Assembly: GCA_050251875.1 (NCBI GenBank)
Contig: JBFWMA010000002.1
Coordinates: 422,401-486,400 of the forward strand
DNA from: Deferribacterales bacterium
GTDB taxonomy: Bacteria > Chrysiogenota > Deferribacteres > Deferribacterales > Geovibrionaceae
Direction of reading: 5' to 3'
Length of the DNA: 64,000 bases
Under the pieces are notes generated by a model. It had not been told where the DNA came from. It was given only the letters and a program-made list of their open reading frames with translations, and ran no database searches. Position numbers and translations under genes: made by a program. This document shows positions 39,660-50,538 of this stretch, in pieces (the stretch's first letter is position 1; every line of letters starts with the position of its first letter).

Positions 39660-39661
39660 GA

Positions 39662-39964
39662 TTATTTATCTGTTTTCTGATCTTTGGCGGCGGGTTTTTT
39701 CTTTTCTATAATGTACAGATCTTCATCCGACTTTTTCATGTTCAGTTCTTGTTTGATAAGCATTTCGAGGTATTCTCTGTCTTTGCGCACAAGCTCAAGC
39801 TCACGGTTGAGCTCCTCAACCTTTCTATCTATCTGCGCTATCTTTTCCTCATATCCGGACTTGATCTTCGCCAGCTCCTGATACTTCAATATGCCGTTAT
39901 GCCCGAATATCAGAAAGCCTATAAGTATGAATATGATGATAATAAAAGTTATATTCAGTTTCAT
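39662..39964 (-). CDS. ftsB: Septum formation initiator (FtsB/DivIC family)
   Basis: TM, FG..G, coiled coil, EYLE..IKQELNM.K.DE. Confidence 0.8.
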   Translation of the reverse strand: MKLNITFIIIIFILIGFLIFGHNGILKYQELAKIKSGYEEKIAQIDRKVEELNRELELVRKDREYLEMLIKQELNMKKSDEDLYIIEKKKPAAKDQKTDK

Positions 39965-39972
39965 AAGAGCCT

Positions 39973-40542
39973 TTAAGGTTTTTTCTTATTGTAGAGTATA
40001 CCACAGGTATCCGCTTTTCCCGCTTTTTCTTCGAGAATTTTTCTGGCTTTTTCGAAAAATCCCAGAACAAAGTCAAACTGATAATCCTGAAAAGTCCATT
40101 CCATAGGGATATAAGCGCCCTTCCTTCTAAAAAGCTGAAGATCGCCGTATATGTTGTCACGGATATAAATTCTGTGGGTAAAATTTTTCGTGCTGGCGGC
40201 CACCACTTTTTCCATGGCGATGTAGCCGGGGTCGATATTGATAACACGCTTGCCGTCTTCAGACAGGGTATCTTCCAGATTGACCGCCTGAATCTTGTAA
40301 TCGGGCAGATTGTCCGGGTGTTCCACCACGTCATAAAGGGCAAAATACTTCGCCAGATGTTCGCCCATCTCGGGTTCATAATAGCTGGTGTGCGAAAAAT
40401 CGAACTCAGCGGACTTCAGAATAGGCTCGCCGAAAATAGGCACAGCTATAGCATCCGGGTCTTTTACTTTATCTCTGTTATAGAGAATAGCGTTAAAGTA
40501 TATGACCTTTCCAGTCTGTCTGAATCCGCCGCCTGTAACCAT
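39973..40542 (-). CDS. DUF4416-family protein
   Basis: T.YYE.EMG, R..NIDPGY, ASTKNF.HRIY, WTF.DY. Confidence 0.85.
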   Translation of the reverse strand: MVTGGGFRQTGKVIYFNAILYNRDKVKDPDAIAVPIFGEPILKSAEFDFSHTSYYEPEMGEHLAKYFALYDVVEHPDNLPDYKIQAVNLEDTLSEDGKRVINIDPGYIAMEKVVAASTKNFTHRIYIRDNIYGDLQLFRRKGAYIPMEWTFQDYQFDFVLGFFEKARKILEEKAGKADTCGILYNKKKP

Positions 40543-40766
40543 CAGCCCATTTCGAGTTCGAGGATTTCCTCAGAAGGTTCGATTGTTGAGATCGCGTGTT
40601 TGTAGATCATCTTCTGTGATTCGTCTTTCATGATGATGACAAAGTTGTCGAATCCCTTGATAACTCCCTCAATTTTAACGCCGTTTACAAGGTAGACAGT
40701 CATCGGAATACGTTTTTTTCTCAGGTGATTGAGAAATACATCTTGAATATTGATTTTCTTGCTCAT
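40542..40766 (-). CDS. hfq: RNA chaperone Hfq
   Basis: NIQDVFLN, YLVNGVK, FDNFV, MIYKHAISTI. Confidence 0.97.
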   Translation of the reverse strand: MSKKINIQDVFLNHLRKKRIPMTVYLVNGVKIEGVIKGFDNFVIIMKDESQKMIYKHAISTIEPSEEILELEMG

Positions 40767-40846
40767 GAAGAGCCCCCTAAAAAACAAAAAAATAATTAAA
40801 AATTTAATCCAGTTATTGAGTAGTTTAAATAAAATTTATCATTAGT

Positions 40847-41752
40847 TCAAGTGAAAATAAATTCTTCAGTACTTTTCACATCATTTTTGTCCGATAAATC
40901 GATATATCGAACACCTTCCATATGCCTGAACCATGTCAGCTGGCGCTTGGCAAAATTTCTGGTGGCGGTCTGGATGCGCTCACATACCGAAACAGGATCG
41001 GTTCCGGTGCGCAGACACTCCGCTATCTCTCTGTATCCTATAGCCTTAAAAGAATCCAGATCAGGAGAATATCCTCTGTCCAGCAGTCCTTTGACCTCGT
41101 CCGCCCAGCCCTGCTTATACATAGCCAGAACCCTTCTGTTGATTCTGTCATATATCTTCTGTCTGTCATCTGTGAGGATGGCGATGTTATATTCATATTT
41201 CGGGTTTCTGTGATATTTCTTCTGAGCCTCACGCACGTTCATCTTCAGCTGGGCGTTGATCTCCAGCCCCCGGATTATCCGTGTGGGGTCGGTGGGTTTC
41301 ACATTGGCGGCGAATTCCGGATCGACAGCCGTCAGCTCGCCGTGGAGAGTCTCTATGCCGTCTCTCTTAATACGTTCCTCTATCTGCGCTCTGATGGACG
41401 GGTCACGGTCAGGAGCGTCAAATATGCCTTTCTGGAGCGTCTGAACGTACATCCCCGTCCCGCCCGCTATCAGTGGAATCTTTCCACGGCTCAGGATATC
41501 GGCGATCACCGCTTCCGCCTGTTCGAAGAAGATTCCGGCGGAATAGGTCTCGTCAGGATTCATTATGTCGATGAGATGATGCGGAACGCTCTTCAGCTCC
41601 TCCTCAGAGGGCTTCGCTGTGCCTATGTTCATATGTCTGTAAACCTGATAGGCATCGGCGCTCACTATCTCTATGTCGTGTTTCTCTGCCATGGACAGCA
41701 CCAGAGCGGTTTTGCCGGACGCTGTGGGACCTGTTATCAGCGGTATTCTCAT
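40847..41752 (-). CDS. miaA: tRNA dimethylallyltransferase
   Basis: GPTASGKT, IGTAKP, GGTGMY, AKRQLTWFR. Confidence 0.96.
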   Translation of the reverse strand: MRIPLITGPTASGKTALVLSMAEKHDIEIVSADAYQVYRHMNIGTAKPSEEELKSVPHHLIDIMNPDETYSAGIFFEQAEAVIADILSRGKIPLIAGGTGMYVQTLQKGIFDAPDRDPSIRAQIEERIKRDGIETLHGELTAVDPEFAANVKPTDPTRIIRGLEINAQLKMNVREAQKKYHRNPKYEYNIAILTDDRQKIYDRINRRVLAMYKQGWADEVKGLLDRGYSPDLDSFKAIGYREIAECLRTGTDPVSVCERIQTATRNFAKRQLTWFRHMEGVRYIDLSDKNDVKSTEEFIFT

Positions 41753-43485
41753 CTGTCGAACTTCCTCAAAAGCCAGCCCTCGTCCATCCGGAAAACAATC
41801 GGTCTGCCGTGGGGACATGTATAAGGATTGGATGTGCGGAAGAGATCATCCACTATCTTGCGCATCTCGTGCATTTCGAGCCTCTGCCCCGCCTTCACGG
41901 CGTTTTTACAGCTCATCACCAGCACCTTGTAATCCACGCTGCTGTCTTTTCTGTGTTCCAGCATGTCGGCGAGTATCTCTCTCACCTCCAGCTCTATGTC
42001 ACGTTTCAGAACGTCTGACGGAACACGGCTGATCTTCAGGCTGTTTCCGCCGAATGACTCTATGTCGTATCCGAAACTCTCCAGAACCTCGGAACTCTCG
42101 GCGATGATATCCGCCTCGTCCTCGGTAACGTTTATCAGAATAGGCTCGTAAAGCATGATGGAAGGCACTGTGACGGTCTTTTCCGCCAGATATTTTTCAT
42201 AGAGCACTCGCTCGTGAGCCACATGCTGATCTATGAAAAAAGCCTCGCTGCCCTTCTCGCACACTATAACTGTGTTGAAAAGCTGTCCCGCTACTCTGAT
42301 CTGTGACTCATCCGGCATTTCAGGCATTCTTACAGCGCTCTGGCTTTCTGACGCCGTGTCATATTCCGCCGTCTCCATCTCTTTTGCCAGATCATATGAA
42401 ACGGTATTGCTCCGGCTGTAGGCGGCTTCGTTATATTTTGATTCGTATGTCTTGGTTACGGGCTCATACTTAGGCATGGCACTTCTGATCTCTTCGCCCG
42501 CCTCTCTGCCCTGTTCTTCCAGCCTCTGCTTGACGCTGTTGTGGACAAAGCTGAAAATCTCTCTGGATTCCAGCAGTTTTACTATGGTTTTCGCCGGATG
42601 GACGTTCACGTCCACCTTCTCCGGGTCTATCCGCAGAGAGATGGCGGCGGCGGGATATTTGCCGTCCGGAATCAGCCTGTGATAGGCGGTGATGACTGCC
42701 TGAACCAGCGACAGGTCTTTAACCACTCTGCCGTTGATGCCGATGAAAATCATATCCTTGCGGAATTTATGAACGTCCGGAAGAGTCACGGCGAACCGCA
42801 CGGACATCTCTCCGAACTCGTTCCCGCCATAGATCACATCCTGCTCCTGAAACACGGTTTTTGCCCGTTTCAGCATATCCGCAGATTTGTCGGCGTCTAT
42901 GACTTTCTTTCCGTTTATCTCTAATGTTACTGATATTTCAGGATTTATGACAGAAAACTGTCTGACGAATTTAGAAATCTCTTTCTCTTCTGCTGTGTGG
43001 CTTTTGAAAAATTTCAGACGTGCCGGAACGTTGGAAAAGAGCGATCTGACAGTGACGGACGTTCCCTTCACGAACGGAGCGGGAAGCGTCTCCGGCTTAG
43101 CGCCGTGTCTGACTCTGAGCTCTGCGCCGTCATACCCGTCCCTGCCTGTGCGCACGGAAAAATCGGATACAGACGATATCGCAGCCAGAGCCTCGCCTCT
43201 GAACCCGAAAGTCTTTACGTTGTATACGTCCTCAGCCGTGGAAATCTTGCTGGTGGCGAATCTTTCCACTGTGAGAGGCAGATCGTCCGGCAGAATCCCT
43301 CTGCCGTTGTCGGTGACGGTTATCATGCCTATACCGCCGTTCTCCACCGTAACGGTGATTTTGTCGGCTCCGGCATCGGCTGAGTTTTCCATCAGCTCCT
43401 TAATAACGTTAAAAGGCCGCTCGACAACTTCGCCGGCGGCCACTTTATTCGCAACATCTTCTGTGAGTCTTTTAATCTCGTTCAT
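41749..43485 (-). CDS. mutL: DNA mismatch repair protein MutL
   Basis: AAGEVVERP, ENS.DA, GFRGEAL, DQHVAHER, CPHGRP endonuclease motifs. Confidence 0.97.
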   Translation of the reverse strand: MNEIKRLTEDVANKVAAGEVVERPFNVIKELMENSADAGADKITVTVENGGIGMITVTDNGRGILPDDLPLTVERFATSKISTAEDVYNVKTFGFRGEALAAISSVSDFSVRTGRDGYDGAELRVRHGAKPETLPAPFVKGTSVTVRSLFSNVPARLKFFKSHTAEEKEISKFVRQFSVINPEISVTLEINGKKVIDADKSADMLKRAKTVFQEQDVIYGGNEFGEMSVRFAVTLPDVHKFRKDMIFIGINGRVVKDLSLVQAVITAYHRLIPDGKYPAAAISLRIDPEKVDVNVHPAKTIVKLLESREIFSFVHNSVKQRLEEQGREAGEEIRSAMPKYEPVTKTYESKYNEAAYSRSNTVSYDLAKEMETAEYDTASESQSAVRMPEMPDESQIRVAGQLFNTVIVCEKGSEAFFIDQHVAHERVLYEKYLAEKTVTVPSIMLYEPILINVTEDEADIIAESSEVLESFGYDIESFGGNSLKISRVPSDVLKRDIELEVREILADMLEHRKDSSVDYKVLVMSCKNAVKAGQRLEMHEMRKIVDDLFRTSNPYTCPHGRPIVFRMDEGWLLRKFDR

Positions 43486-44439
43486 TTATTCCGCGAAAAC
43501 GCCCATATTGCGGTATTTCTGATATCTGTCCTCGAAGAGCTGTTCCGGAGTCATCTTTTTCAGATCGTCCAGACTGGAGAGGATGAAATTCTTCACGTTT
43601 TCCGCTGTCTGTTTATAGTTGCGGTGGGCGCCGCCCATGGGCTCCTCTATTATCTCGTCTATGATATTGAGCTCTTTCAGGTCTTTCGATGTCAGCTTCA
43701 GCGCCTCGGCTGCTCTGCCGGCGTATGCGGCGTCTTTCCAAAGGATAGATGCGCATCCCTCCGGGCTGATAACGGCATAGATAGAGTGTTCCAGCATACC
43801 TACACGGTTACCCATAGCTATAGCGAGCGCTCCGCCTGAACCGCCCTCTCCGGCTATGACCGTAACCATAGGCACTGTCAGCTCCGCCATCTTCATAAGG
43901 CTTTTGGCGATGGCTTCCGCCTGTCCTCTCTCCTCGGCTCCGATACCGGGATATGCGCCGGGAGTATCCACGAATGTGATGATGGGGCGTTTGAATCTCT
44001 CCGCCATCTCCATCATTCTCTGGGTTTTTCTGTATCCTTCGGGGTTTACCATACCGAAGTTTCTGAGAATATTCTCTTTGGTGTTTCTTCCTTTCTGATG
44101 ACCCATAACCATCACGGGCTCACCGTTCAGCTTTGCCATTCCGCAGATAATCGCCTGATCGTCTCTGAACAGTCTGTCTCCGTGGAGCTCGGTAAAGTCT
44201 GTGAATATATTATTGATATAGTCGAGTGTGTAGGGTCTGTCGGGGTGTCTCGCCACCATAACTTTCTGCTGGGGAGTGAGACGTTTATATATATTGGCTC
44301 TGACTTTCGCAAGTTTTGCTTCCAGACCGGCGCACTCTTTTGTCATCTGGTCTGTTCCCATGCCGGGCATATTGCGCAGCTCGTCCAGCTGTGCTTCTAT
44401 CTCGGCTATGGGCGCTTCAAAATCAAGAACACTGGGCAT
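43486..44439 (-). CDS. accA: Acetyl-CoA carboxylase carboxyltransferase alpha subunit
   Basis: ARHPDRP, ELHGDR, DTPGAYPG, GEGGSGGA. Confidence 0.97.
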   Translation of the reverse strand: MPSVLDFEAPIAEIEAQLDELRNMPGMGTDQMTKECAGLEAKLAKVRANIYKRLTPQQKVMVARHPDRPYTLDYINNIFTDFTELHGDRLFRDDQAIICGMAKLNGEPVMVMGHQKGRNTKENILRNFGMVNPEGYRKTQRMMEMAERFKRPIITFVDTPGAYPGIGAEERGQAEAIAKSLMKMAELTVPMVTVIAGEGGSGGALAIAMGNRVGMLEHSIYAVISPEGCASILWKDAAYAGRAAEALKLTSKDLKELNIIDEIIEEPMGGAHRNYKQTAENVKNFILSSLDDLKKMTPEQLFEDRYQKYRNMGVFAE

Positions 44440-44556
44440 ATTTCACCTCAAAATTTCCTGTCATTGGTTGTGTATAATAACTTTTCATTGACTCTATAGC
44501 AAGGGATAAAAATGCCCCCTCATGTAAATCAGAGAGCATCGCTATACCTTCCAACT

Positions 44557-44629
44557 GAGATTGCCACGTCGCTTACGCTCCTCGCAATGACGGCAAATTA
44601 CTGTCATTGCGAGTAAAGCGAAGCAATCT
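44557..44629. repeat. REP/RPE-like palindromic element (GTCATTGCGAG...GAAGCAATC type)
   Basis: GAGATTGCCACGTCGCTTACGCTC CTCGCAATGAC-ggcaaattact-GTCATTGCGAG TAAAGCGAAGCAATCT nested inverted repeats. Confidence 0.75.
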
Positions 44630-44644
44630 TAATATTTCTTTAGA

Positions 44645-45484
44645 TTATTTCATACCCTGAATTGCCATGATGTACATCTCAGGATTGTATCCTGCCACGG
44701 CTTTTCCGTTGAAGAATATCTGGGGAGTTCCTGTGATTCCGAGAGACCCAGCCAGTTTAGCCTGAGCGTCTATTTTGTCCTGAACAGCTTTGGAAGCTAC
44801 CAGAGTTTTGAATTTAGAGGGGTTGCCTGATTTCGCGGCGAACATGCCTATGATCTCGGCGTCTGTTTTCTTGTCAGTCTCGGGTGTGGTGGAGTAAAGC
44901 TCCGCACCGAAGTTGCGTCCCATGGAAAGCCCAGCCTCGAACACTTTAGCGTACAGCATAGCTTTCGGGTGGAAGCTCAGAGGCAGATGCATCATGTATA
45001 CGGCGGCATCCACTTTTTCGTGTTTCAGAATTTCGTGAACGGCGTTGTAAGCCTTGCGGCAGTAAGGACACTGAAAATCGCTGACTTTAACTATCACGTT
45101 CTTGGAGTTTTTGTTTCCTTCCATTAATGTGAGTTTGGAGAGATCCAGCTTAGTAACGGGTGTTACGTCATATATAAGTTTATCCTTAATATTCTGCTGA
45201 GAATCAGCTTTCACTATTTCAGGATAGATGTATTTACCATCGGTAAAGAGATACTGCTCCTGTGAGCGTCCGGCTTTGGAATCGGTGAGTGTCATTTTTG
45301 CGAAATACAGCCCCGCAGGCTCGTCCAGTTTTTTTATGATATCTATTTTGATGGACAGATTCGTCATGTTTTTTTCTTTGAAAAACTTTGTCATGGCGGA
45401 TTCCAGATCAGATCTGACATCGGCGAAAGCGGAGAAAGAAACCATCAGCATTAATGCTAAAACAGCGGTGAAAATTCTTTTCAT
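44645..45484 (-). CDS. Periplasmic DsbA/DsbG-family thiol-disulfide oxidoreductase
   Basis: Signal peptide; SDFQCPYC; HLPL.FH; GITGTP. Confidence 0.9.
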   Translation of the reverse strand: MKRIFTAVLALMLMVSFSAFADVRSDLESAMTKFFKEKNMTNLSIKIDIIKKLDEPAGLYFAKMTLTDSKAGRSQEQYLFTDGKYIYPEIVKADSQQNIKDKLIYDVTPVTKLDLSKLTLMEGNKNSKNVIVKVSDFQCPYCRKAYNAVHEILKHEKVDAAVYMMHLPLSFHPKAMLYAKVFEAGLSMGRNFGAELYSTTPETDKKTDAEIIGMFAAKSGNPSKFKTLVASKAVQDKIDAQAKLAGSLGITGTPQIFFNGKAVAGYNPEMYIMAIQGMK

Positions 45485-45651
45485 AATAAACTCCTTCAAA
45501 ACTTAGCGGGAATATACACCCGCAGTATTAGACAGAGCAATATATTTTTTAGTTCATATAACAGTTCTGTTATTTTTTGGGGTGACTTTTCATGTATTTG
45601 GTGTTAAAAATTGCGTTCAATTCTATCTTTCATATCTCAAGGAGTTTTTTG

Positions 45652-48456
45652 ATGGATTACAAGGATACCCTGAATCTTCCGCAGACCGACTTTCCTATGA
45701 AAGCCAGTCTGTCGGTGAAAGAGCCTGAAAGGCTGAAAAAGTGGGCAGATGAACAAGTCTACGAAAAAATGCTCTCAGTCCGCGACAGAAACAACCCCTA
45801 CATACTCCACGACGGTCCTCCCTACGCCAACGGCGAAATTCACATCGGACACGCTCTTAACAAGATTCTGAAAGATATTATTATTAAAACAAAAGCTCTG
45901 GAAGGTTTTTACACTCCTTATGTACCCGGATGGGACTGCCACGGTCTGCCCATCGAACTTCAGGTGGATAAGAAACTCGGCAGTAAAAAAGCCGAAATGA
46001 GCAAATCTGAAATAAGAAAGGAATGCCGCAAGTATGCCGATAAATTCATAGACCTTCAGAGACAGGGATTCAAACGTCTCGGCGGTTTCGGCGACTGGGA
46101 TCATCCTTATATTACTATGGACTATAAATACGAGGCGAAAACCCTTCAGGAACTCTACCGCTGTTTTGACAACGGAAGCGTTTTCAAAGGCTCAAAACCC
46201 GTCTACTGGTGTACATCCTGCGTGACAGCTCTGGCTGAGGCAGAGGTGGAATACGACAACCACACATCTACATCAGTGTTTGTCAAATTCCCCATGAAAG
46301 ACGCTTTCAAAGCGAAATTCGGTCTGGCTGAATCAGACAGAGTGTCAGCGGTTATATGGACCACAACTCCGTGGACACTGCCCGCCAACCTCGGGATATG
46401 CGCCAACGCTGAGCTGGAATACTCAATCATAAAAGTAACAGACACATGCAATAAAAACCTTAAAGGCGGAGAATATCTTATACTCGCCACAGACCTTATA
46501 AATGGTCTTGCCGAGAAATTCGACATCCACACATACGACAGCGTAAAAACCTTCTTCGGAACTGAGCTTGAGCGTGTGGAATTCAAACACGCCTTCTATG
46601 ACAGAGTGTCACTCGGTATCTTAGGCGGTCACGTAACGCTGGAAGCAGGTACAGGTCTGGTACACACCGCCCCCGGTCACGGTCAGGAAGACTATGAGGT
46701 GGGACTGAAATACGGACTCGAAATCCTCAACCCAGTTGACGATTACGGTAAATACAAGAAAAATGTTGAGATATACGCTGAGCAGAGCATCTACAAAGCA
46801 GGTCCCGAGATAGTCAAAATGATGGATGAGCAGGGTTCACTGCTGAACCACGGCGACATCAGCCACAGCTATCCCCACTGCTGGAGATGCAAAAAGCCCG
46901 TTATATTCCGTGCCACACCCCAGTGGTTCATCGGCATGGAAAAGAACGACCTGCGTAAAAAAGTTCTCAGCGAGATAAAAAAGGTGCGCTGGACACCCGC
47001 ATGGGGCGAAAACCGCATCACATCCATGATAGAGAACCGTCCCGACTGGTGTATATCACGCCAGAGAACATGGGGCGTACCCATAGCTGTCCACACATGC
47101 GTTGACTGCGAAGAGGTAATAACCAACCACGAAATTCAGGGCAAAGTCTTAGAAGCCTTCCGTGAGCACGGCGCTGACGCCTGGTTCGACTATGAAGACA
47201 GCCAGTTTATCCCCGCAGGCACAAAATGCCCCAAATGCGGCGGAACACACTTTAAAAAAGAGACTGACATTCTGGACGTATGGTTCGACTCAGGCACATC
47301 ACACTCAGCAGTTCTTGAAGAACGCCCTGAGCTTGCATGGCCCGCTAATATGTATCTGGAAGGATCAGACCAGCACAGAGGCTGGTTCCACAGCTCAATC
47401 CTCGAGAGTGTCTGCACAAGAGGCGTTGCGCCTTACAAAGAAGTTCTCACTCACGGATTCGTTGTGGACGGAAAAGGACGCAAAATGTCCAAATCTGTGG
47501 GCAACGTTGTATCCCCCAACGATATCATAAATAAATACGGCGCCGAAATTCTTCGTCTCTGGGTGTCCGCTGAGGACTATTCAGAAGACATCAGAATATC
47601 TGACGACATAGTTACACGTCTGTCAGAATCCTACAGAAAGATAAGAAACACAGCCAGATATCTGCTGGGCAACCTTTACGATTTCAACCCTGACACAGAC
47701 ATGGTTAAGTTTGAGGAGATGCTCGACCTCGACAGATTCGCTCTGGTCAAATGGCAGGCAGTGAAAAAGAAAATCTATGAAGCATATGATAATTATCAGC
47801 TTCACGTTTTCTATCATTCTTTCCTGAATTTCTGCATAGGCGATCTGTCCTCATTCTATCTGGACATACTGAAAGACAGGCTCTATGCCTATAAACCGAA
47901 CTCCAGAGAGAGACGCTCCGCCCAGACAGCCCTCTATACCATCGTGAAAGAGATGAGCATAGTGATGGCTCCCGTTCTGTGCTTCACAGCGGACGAGATA
48001 TATGAATACATCCCCTCTTCCAAAGATAAGAAAGAGAACGTGTTCATGGAGATGTTCGCCCCCGTGACAGAATACAAAGATGAAGCCAACACAGCCAAAT
48101 GGCAAAAAATTCTGGAAGTGCGCAAGGAAGCCACAAAGGCTCTGGAGCTTGCCCGCGCGGCAAAAATCATCGGTCACCCGCTGGACGCCGACATAATAAT
48201 CGGGTCAGACGAAGACACCGTGAAAGCTCTGAAAGCCGATGAGGGAATCGAGCGTATCTTCATCGTGTCCGAAGTAAAATTCGCCGACATGAACAGCATG
48301 TCAGACTGCCATGTGTCAGAAGACGGCAAGATAAAAGTGAAGGTAACACCCTCTGACAACGCAAAGTGCGAAAGATGCTGGACAAAATCAGCGTCCGTGG
48401 GACACAGCGAAGAGCACCCCACTCTCTGCACACGCTGCGCCGAGGCTATAGCTTAA
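45652..48456 (+). CDS. ileS: Isoleucine--tRNA ligase (type 1)
   Basis: DGPPYANG.IHIGH, GWDCHGLP, EGSDQHRGWF, KMSKS, C-terminal Zn finger. Confidence 0.98.
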   Translation: MDYKDTLNLPQTDFPMKASLSVKEPERLKKWADEQVYEKMLSVRDRNNPYILHDGPPYANGEIHIGHALNKILKDIIIKTKALEGFYTPYVPGWDCHGLPIELQVDKKLGSKKAEMSKSEIRKECRKYADKFIDLQRQGFKRLGGFGDWDHPYITMDYKYEAKTLQELYRCFDNGSVFKGSKPVYWCTSCVTALAEAEVEYDNHTSTSVFVKFPMKDAFKAKFGLAESDRVSAVIWTTTPWTLPANLGICANAELEYSIIKVTDTCNKNLKGGEYLILATDLINGLAEKFDIHTYDSVKTFFGTELERVEFKHAFYDRVSLGILGGHVTLEAGTGLVHTAPGHGQEDYEVGLKYGLEILNPVDDYGKYKKNVEIYAEQSIYKAGPEIVKMMDEQGSLLNHGDISHSYPHCWRCKKPVIFRATPQWFIGMEKNDLRKKVLSEIKKVRWTPAWGENRITSMIENRPDWCISRQRTWGVPIAVHTCVDCEEVITNHEIQGKVLEAFREHGADAWFDYEDSQFIPAGTKCPKCGGTHFKKETDILDVWFDSGTSHSAVLEERPELAWPANMYLEGSDQHRGWFHSSILESVCTRGVAPYKEVLTHGFVVDGKGRKMSKSVGNVVSPNDIINKYGAEILRLWVSAEDYSEDIRISDDIVTRLSESYRKIRNTARYLLGNLYDFNPDTDMVKFEEMLDLDRFALVKWQAVKKKIYEAYDNYQLHVFYHSFLNFCIGDLSSFYLDILKDRLYAYKPNSRERRSAQTALYTIVKEMSIVMAPVLCFTADEIYEYIPSSKDKKENVFMEMFAPVTEYKDEANTAKWQKILEVRKEATKALELARAAKIIGHPLDADIIIGSDEDTVKALKADEGIERIFIVSEVKFADMNSMSDCHVSEDGKIKVKVTPSDNAKCERCWTKSASVGHSEEHPTLCTRCAEAIA

Positions 48457-48941
48457 TGAAAAAACTGCTGATAGCAATATCGCTGCTGATAGTGGCGCTG
48501 GATCAGTGGACGAAGATGTATATCAAATCGCACTTCGCCCTGCACGAGTCAAAACCCGTCATAGACGGTTTTTTTGACATCACATATGTGCTCAATCCTG
48601 GAGCGGCTTTCGGTTTTCTGGCTAAGCTGGACGAAACATACCGCCGTGGTTTTTTCGTTGTCGTAACCATTATAGCAATAGCGGCGGTGGCTTACCTGCT
48701 TTATAAAGAAAAAGGGATGAAACTGCGCCTGATTTCGTATACTCTTGTGTTAGCCGGAGCGGCGGGAAACTTCATCGACCGCATATACATGGGCAAGGTT
48801 GTCGATTTCCTGCTTTTTTACTACAAAACATACCAGTGGCCCGCATTCAATGTGGCAGATACAGCCATATCGATAGGTATCGGGCTTCTGATGCTGGATT
48901 ATTTTTTCATAAAGAGGAGCAAAGATGAAAGTAATGCCTAA
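48456..48941 (+). CDS. lspA: Lipoprotein signal peptidase II
   Basis: DQWTK, NPGAAFG, GNFIDR, VVDF, FNVAD. Confidence 0.96.
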   Translation: MKKLLIAISLLIVALDQWTKMYIKSHFALHESKPVIDGFFDITYVLNPGAAFGFLAKLDETYRRGFFVVVTIIAIAAVAYLLYKEKGMKLRLISYTLVLAGAAGNFIDRIYMGKVVDFLLFYYKTYQWPAFNVADTAISIGIGLLMLDYFFIKRSKDESNA

Positions 48942-50469
48942 ATCCGCTCTGATCAGCGTATCTGACAAAAGCGGTATCGTAGACTTTGCAAAAGGTCTTA
49001 GGAAACACGGTGTAAAGATCATCTCCACCGGAGGGACAGCAAAACTTCTCGCTGACAGCGGTGTGGAGATCATGGAAATCTCTGAGTTTACAGGATTTCC
49101 TGAAATGCTCGACGGCAGAGTAAAAACCCTGCACCCCAAAGTTCACGGCGGTATACTCAATATCCGTGACAACGCCAAGCATCAGGCAACTATGAAAGAA
49201 CACAGCCTTGAGGACATAGACATGGTTGTCGTGAACCTCTATCCCTTCGAAGCGACAGTGGCAAAAGGCGCTGAGCACGATGAAGTGGTGGAAAACATCG
49301 ACATCGGCGGTCCCTCTATGATCCGTTCAGCGGCTAAAAACCATAAATTCGTAACCGTTATCGTTGACAACAACGACTTCGACAGAGTGCTTTCAGAAAT
49401 GGCAAACGGCGGAACAGAGCTCGACACCCGTATCGACCTCGCCAGAAAGGCTTACTCTCACACAGGCGTATACGATTCCATCATCGCCTCCTACTTCAAT
49501 AAAAAACTCGGCGTAAAATTTCCCGAGGAGATAGCCATCCCCGCCCGCAAGAAACAGCCCATGAGATACGGCGAAAACCCCCATCAGGACTCCGCTTTCT
49601 ATGTGAAGCCTCTGGTGAACGAAGTGAGCGTTGCCACCGGCAAACAGCTTCAGGGTAAAGAGCTGTCTTTCAACAACATAGTTGACATACACGCCACTCT
49701 GGAACTGGTAAAAGAGTTCAAAGAACCGGCTGTAGCCATCATAAAACACACCAACCCCTGTGGATGCGCCACAGGAACAACTGTGAACGAGGCATATGAA
49801 AAAGCCCTCGCCTGCGACCCTGTTTCAGCTTTCGGCGGTATTGTCGGCGTTAACCGTGAGGTTGACGGCAAACTGGCTGAGGAACTCGGCAAACTCTTCC
49901 TTGAAGTTGTCCTCGCTCCGTCATTCACTCAGGAAGCCAAAGACATATTCGTCACAAAGAAAAACCTGCGTCTCATCGAGCTGGGCGATATATACGGTGA
50001 CCGTGATTCTGAGCTGGATATCAAAAACGTAACAGGCGGTATCCTTCTTCAGGACAGAGACCTGCACGAGATCGAAGATATCAAGGCTCTGCCCGTTCCC
50101 ACTAAGAGAAAACCCACCGACTTTGAATACAAAGCTATGGATTTCGCATGGAAAGTGGCGAAACACGTTAAGTCTAACGCCATCGTTTACTGCACAGACG
50201 ACCGCACAATCGGCGTGGGAGCAGGACAGATGAGCCGTGTGGACTCATCCAAAATAGCCGCCAGCAAGGCAAGAGCTGAGCTGAAGGGAACTGTTATGTC
50301 ATCAGACGCTTTCTTTCCCTTCAGAGACAGCGTGGACGAAGCGGCAGAAAGAGGCATCACAGCCATCATCTCTCCCGGAGGCTCCATCCGTGACGAAGAG
50401 GTCATCGCCGCCGCAGACGAACACGGCATAGCCATGGTGTTCACCGGCGTCAGACACTTCAAACATTAA
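48925..50469 (+). CDS. purH: Bifunctional AICAR transformylase/IMP cyclohydrolase
   Basis: [36 protein letters not shown]. Confidence 0.98.
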   Translation: MKVMPKSALISVSDKSGIVDFAKGLRKHGVKIISTGGTAKLLADSGVEIMEISEFTGFPEMLDGRVKTLHPKVHGGILNIRDNAKHQATMKEHSLEDIDMVVVNLYPFEATVAKGAEHDEVVENIDIGGPSMIRSAAKNHKFVTVIVDNNDFDRVLSEMANGGTELDTRIDLARKAYSHTGVYDSIIASYFNKKLGVKFPEEIAIPARKKQPMRYGENPHQDSAFYVKPLVNEVSVATGKQLQGKELSFNNIVDIHATLELVKEFKEPAVAIIKHTNPCGCATGTTVNEAYEKALACDPVSAFGGIVGVNREVDGKLAEELGKLFLEVVLAPSFTQEAKDIFVTKKNLRLIELGDIYGDRDSELDIKNVTGGILLQDRDLHEIEDIKALPVPTKRKPTDFEYKAMDFAWKVAKHVKSNAIVYCTDDRTIGVGAGQMSRVDSSKIAASKARAELKGTVMSSDAFFPFRDSVDEAAERGITAIISPGGSIRDEEVIAAADEHGIAMVFTGVRHFKH

Positions 50470-50490
50470 TAAATATTTGCGTTATAAAAT

Positions 50491-50525
50491 AAAAATCCTC
50501 GCCTGTAATGGGGCGGGGATTTTTT
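50491..50525 (+). terminator. Terminator-like hairpin between purH and purD
   Basis: aaaaatcctcgcc-tgtaatgg-ggcggggattttt stem with T tract. Confidence 0.6.
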
Positions 50526-50538
50526 GTAAGGAGATAGA

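Noticed and set aside
40922..41824. 300-aa plus-strand ORF
   Set aside because: Antisense shadow of miaA
45485..45651. Possible T-box leader before ileS
   Set aside because: Short AT-rich divergent region with no T-box motif or terminator
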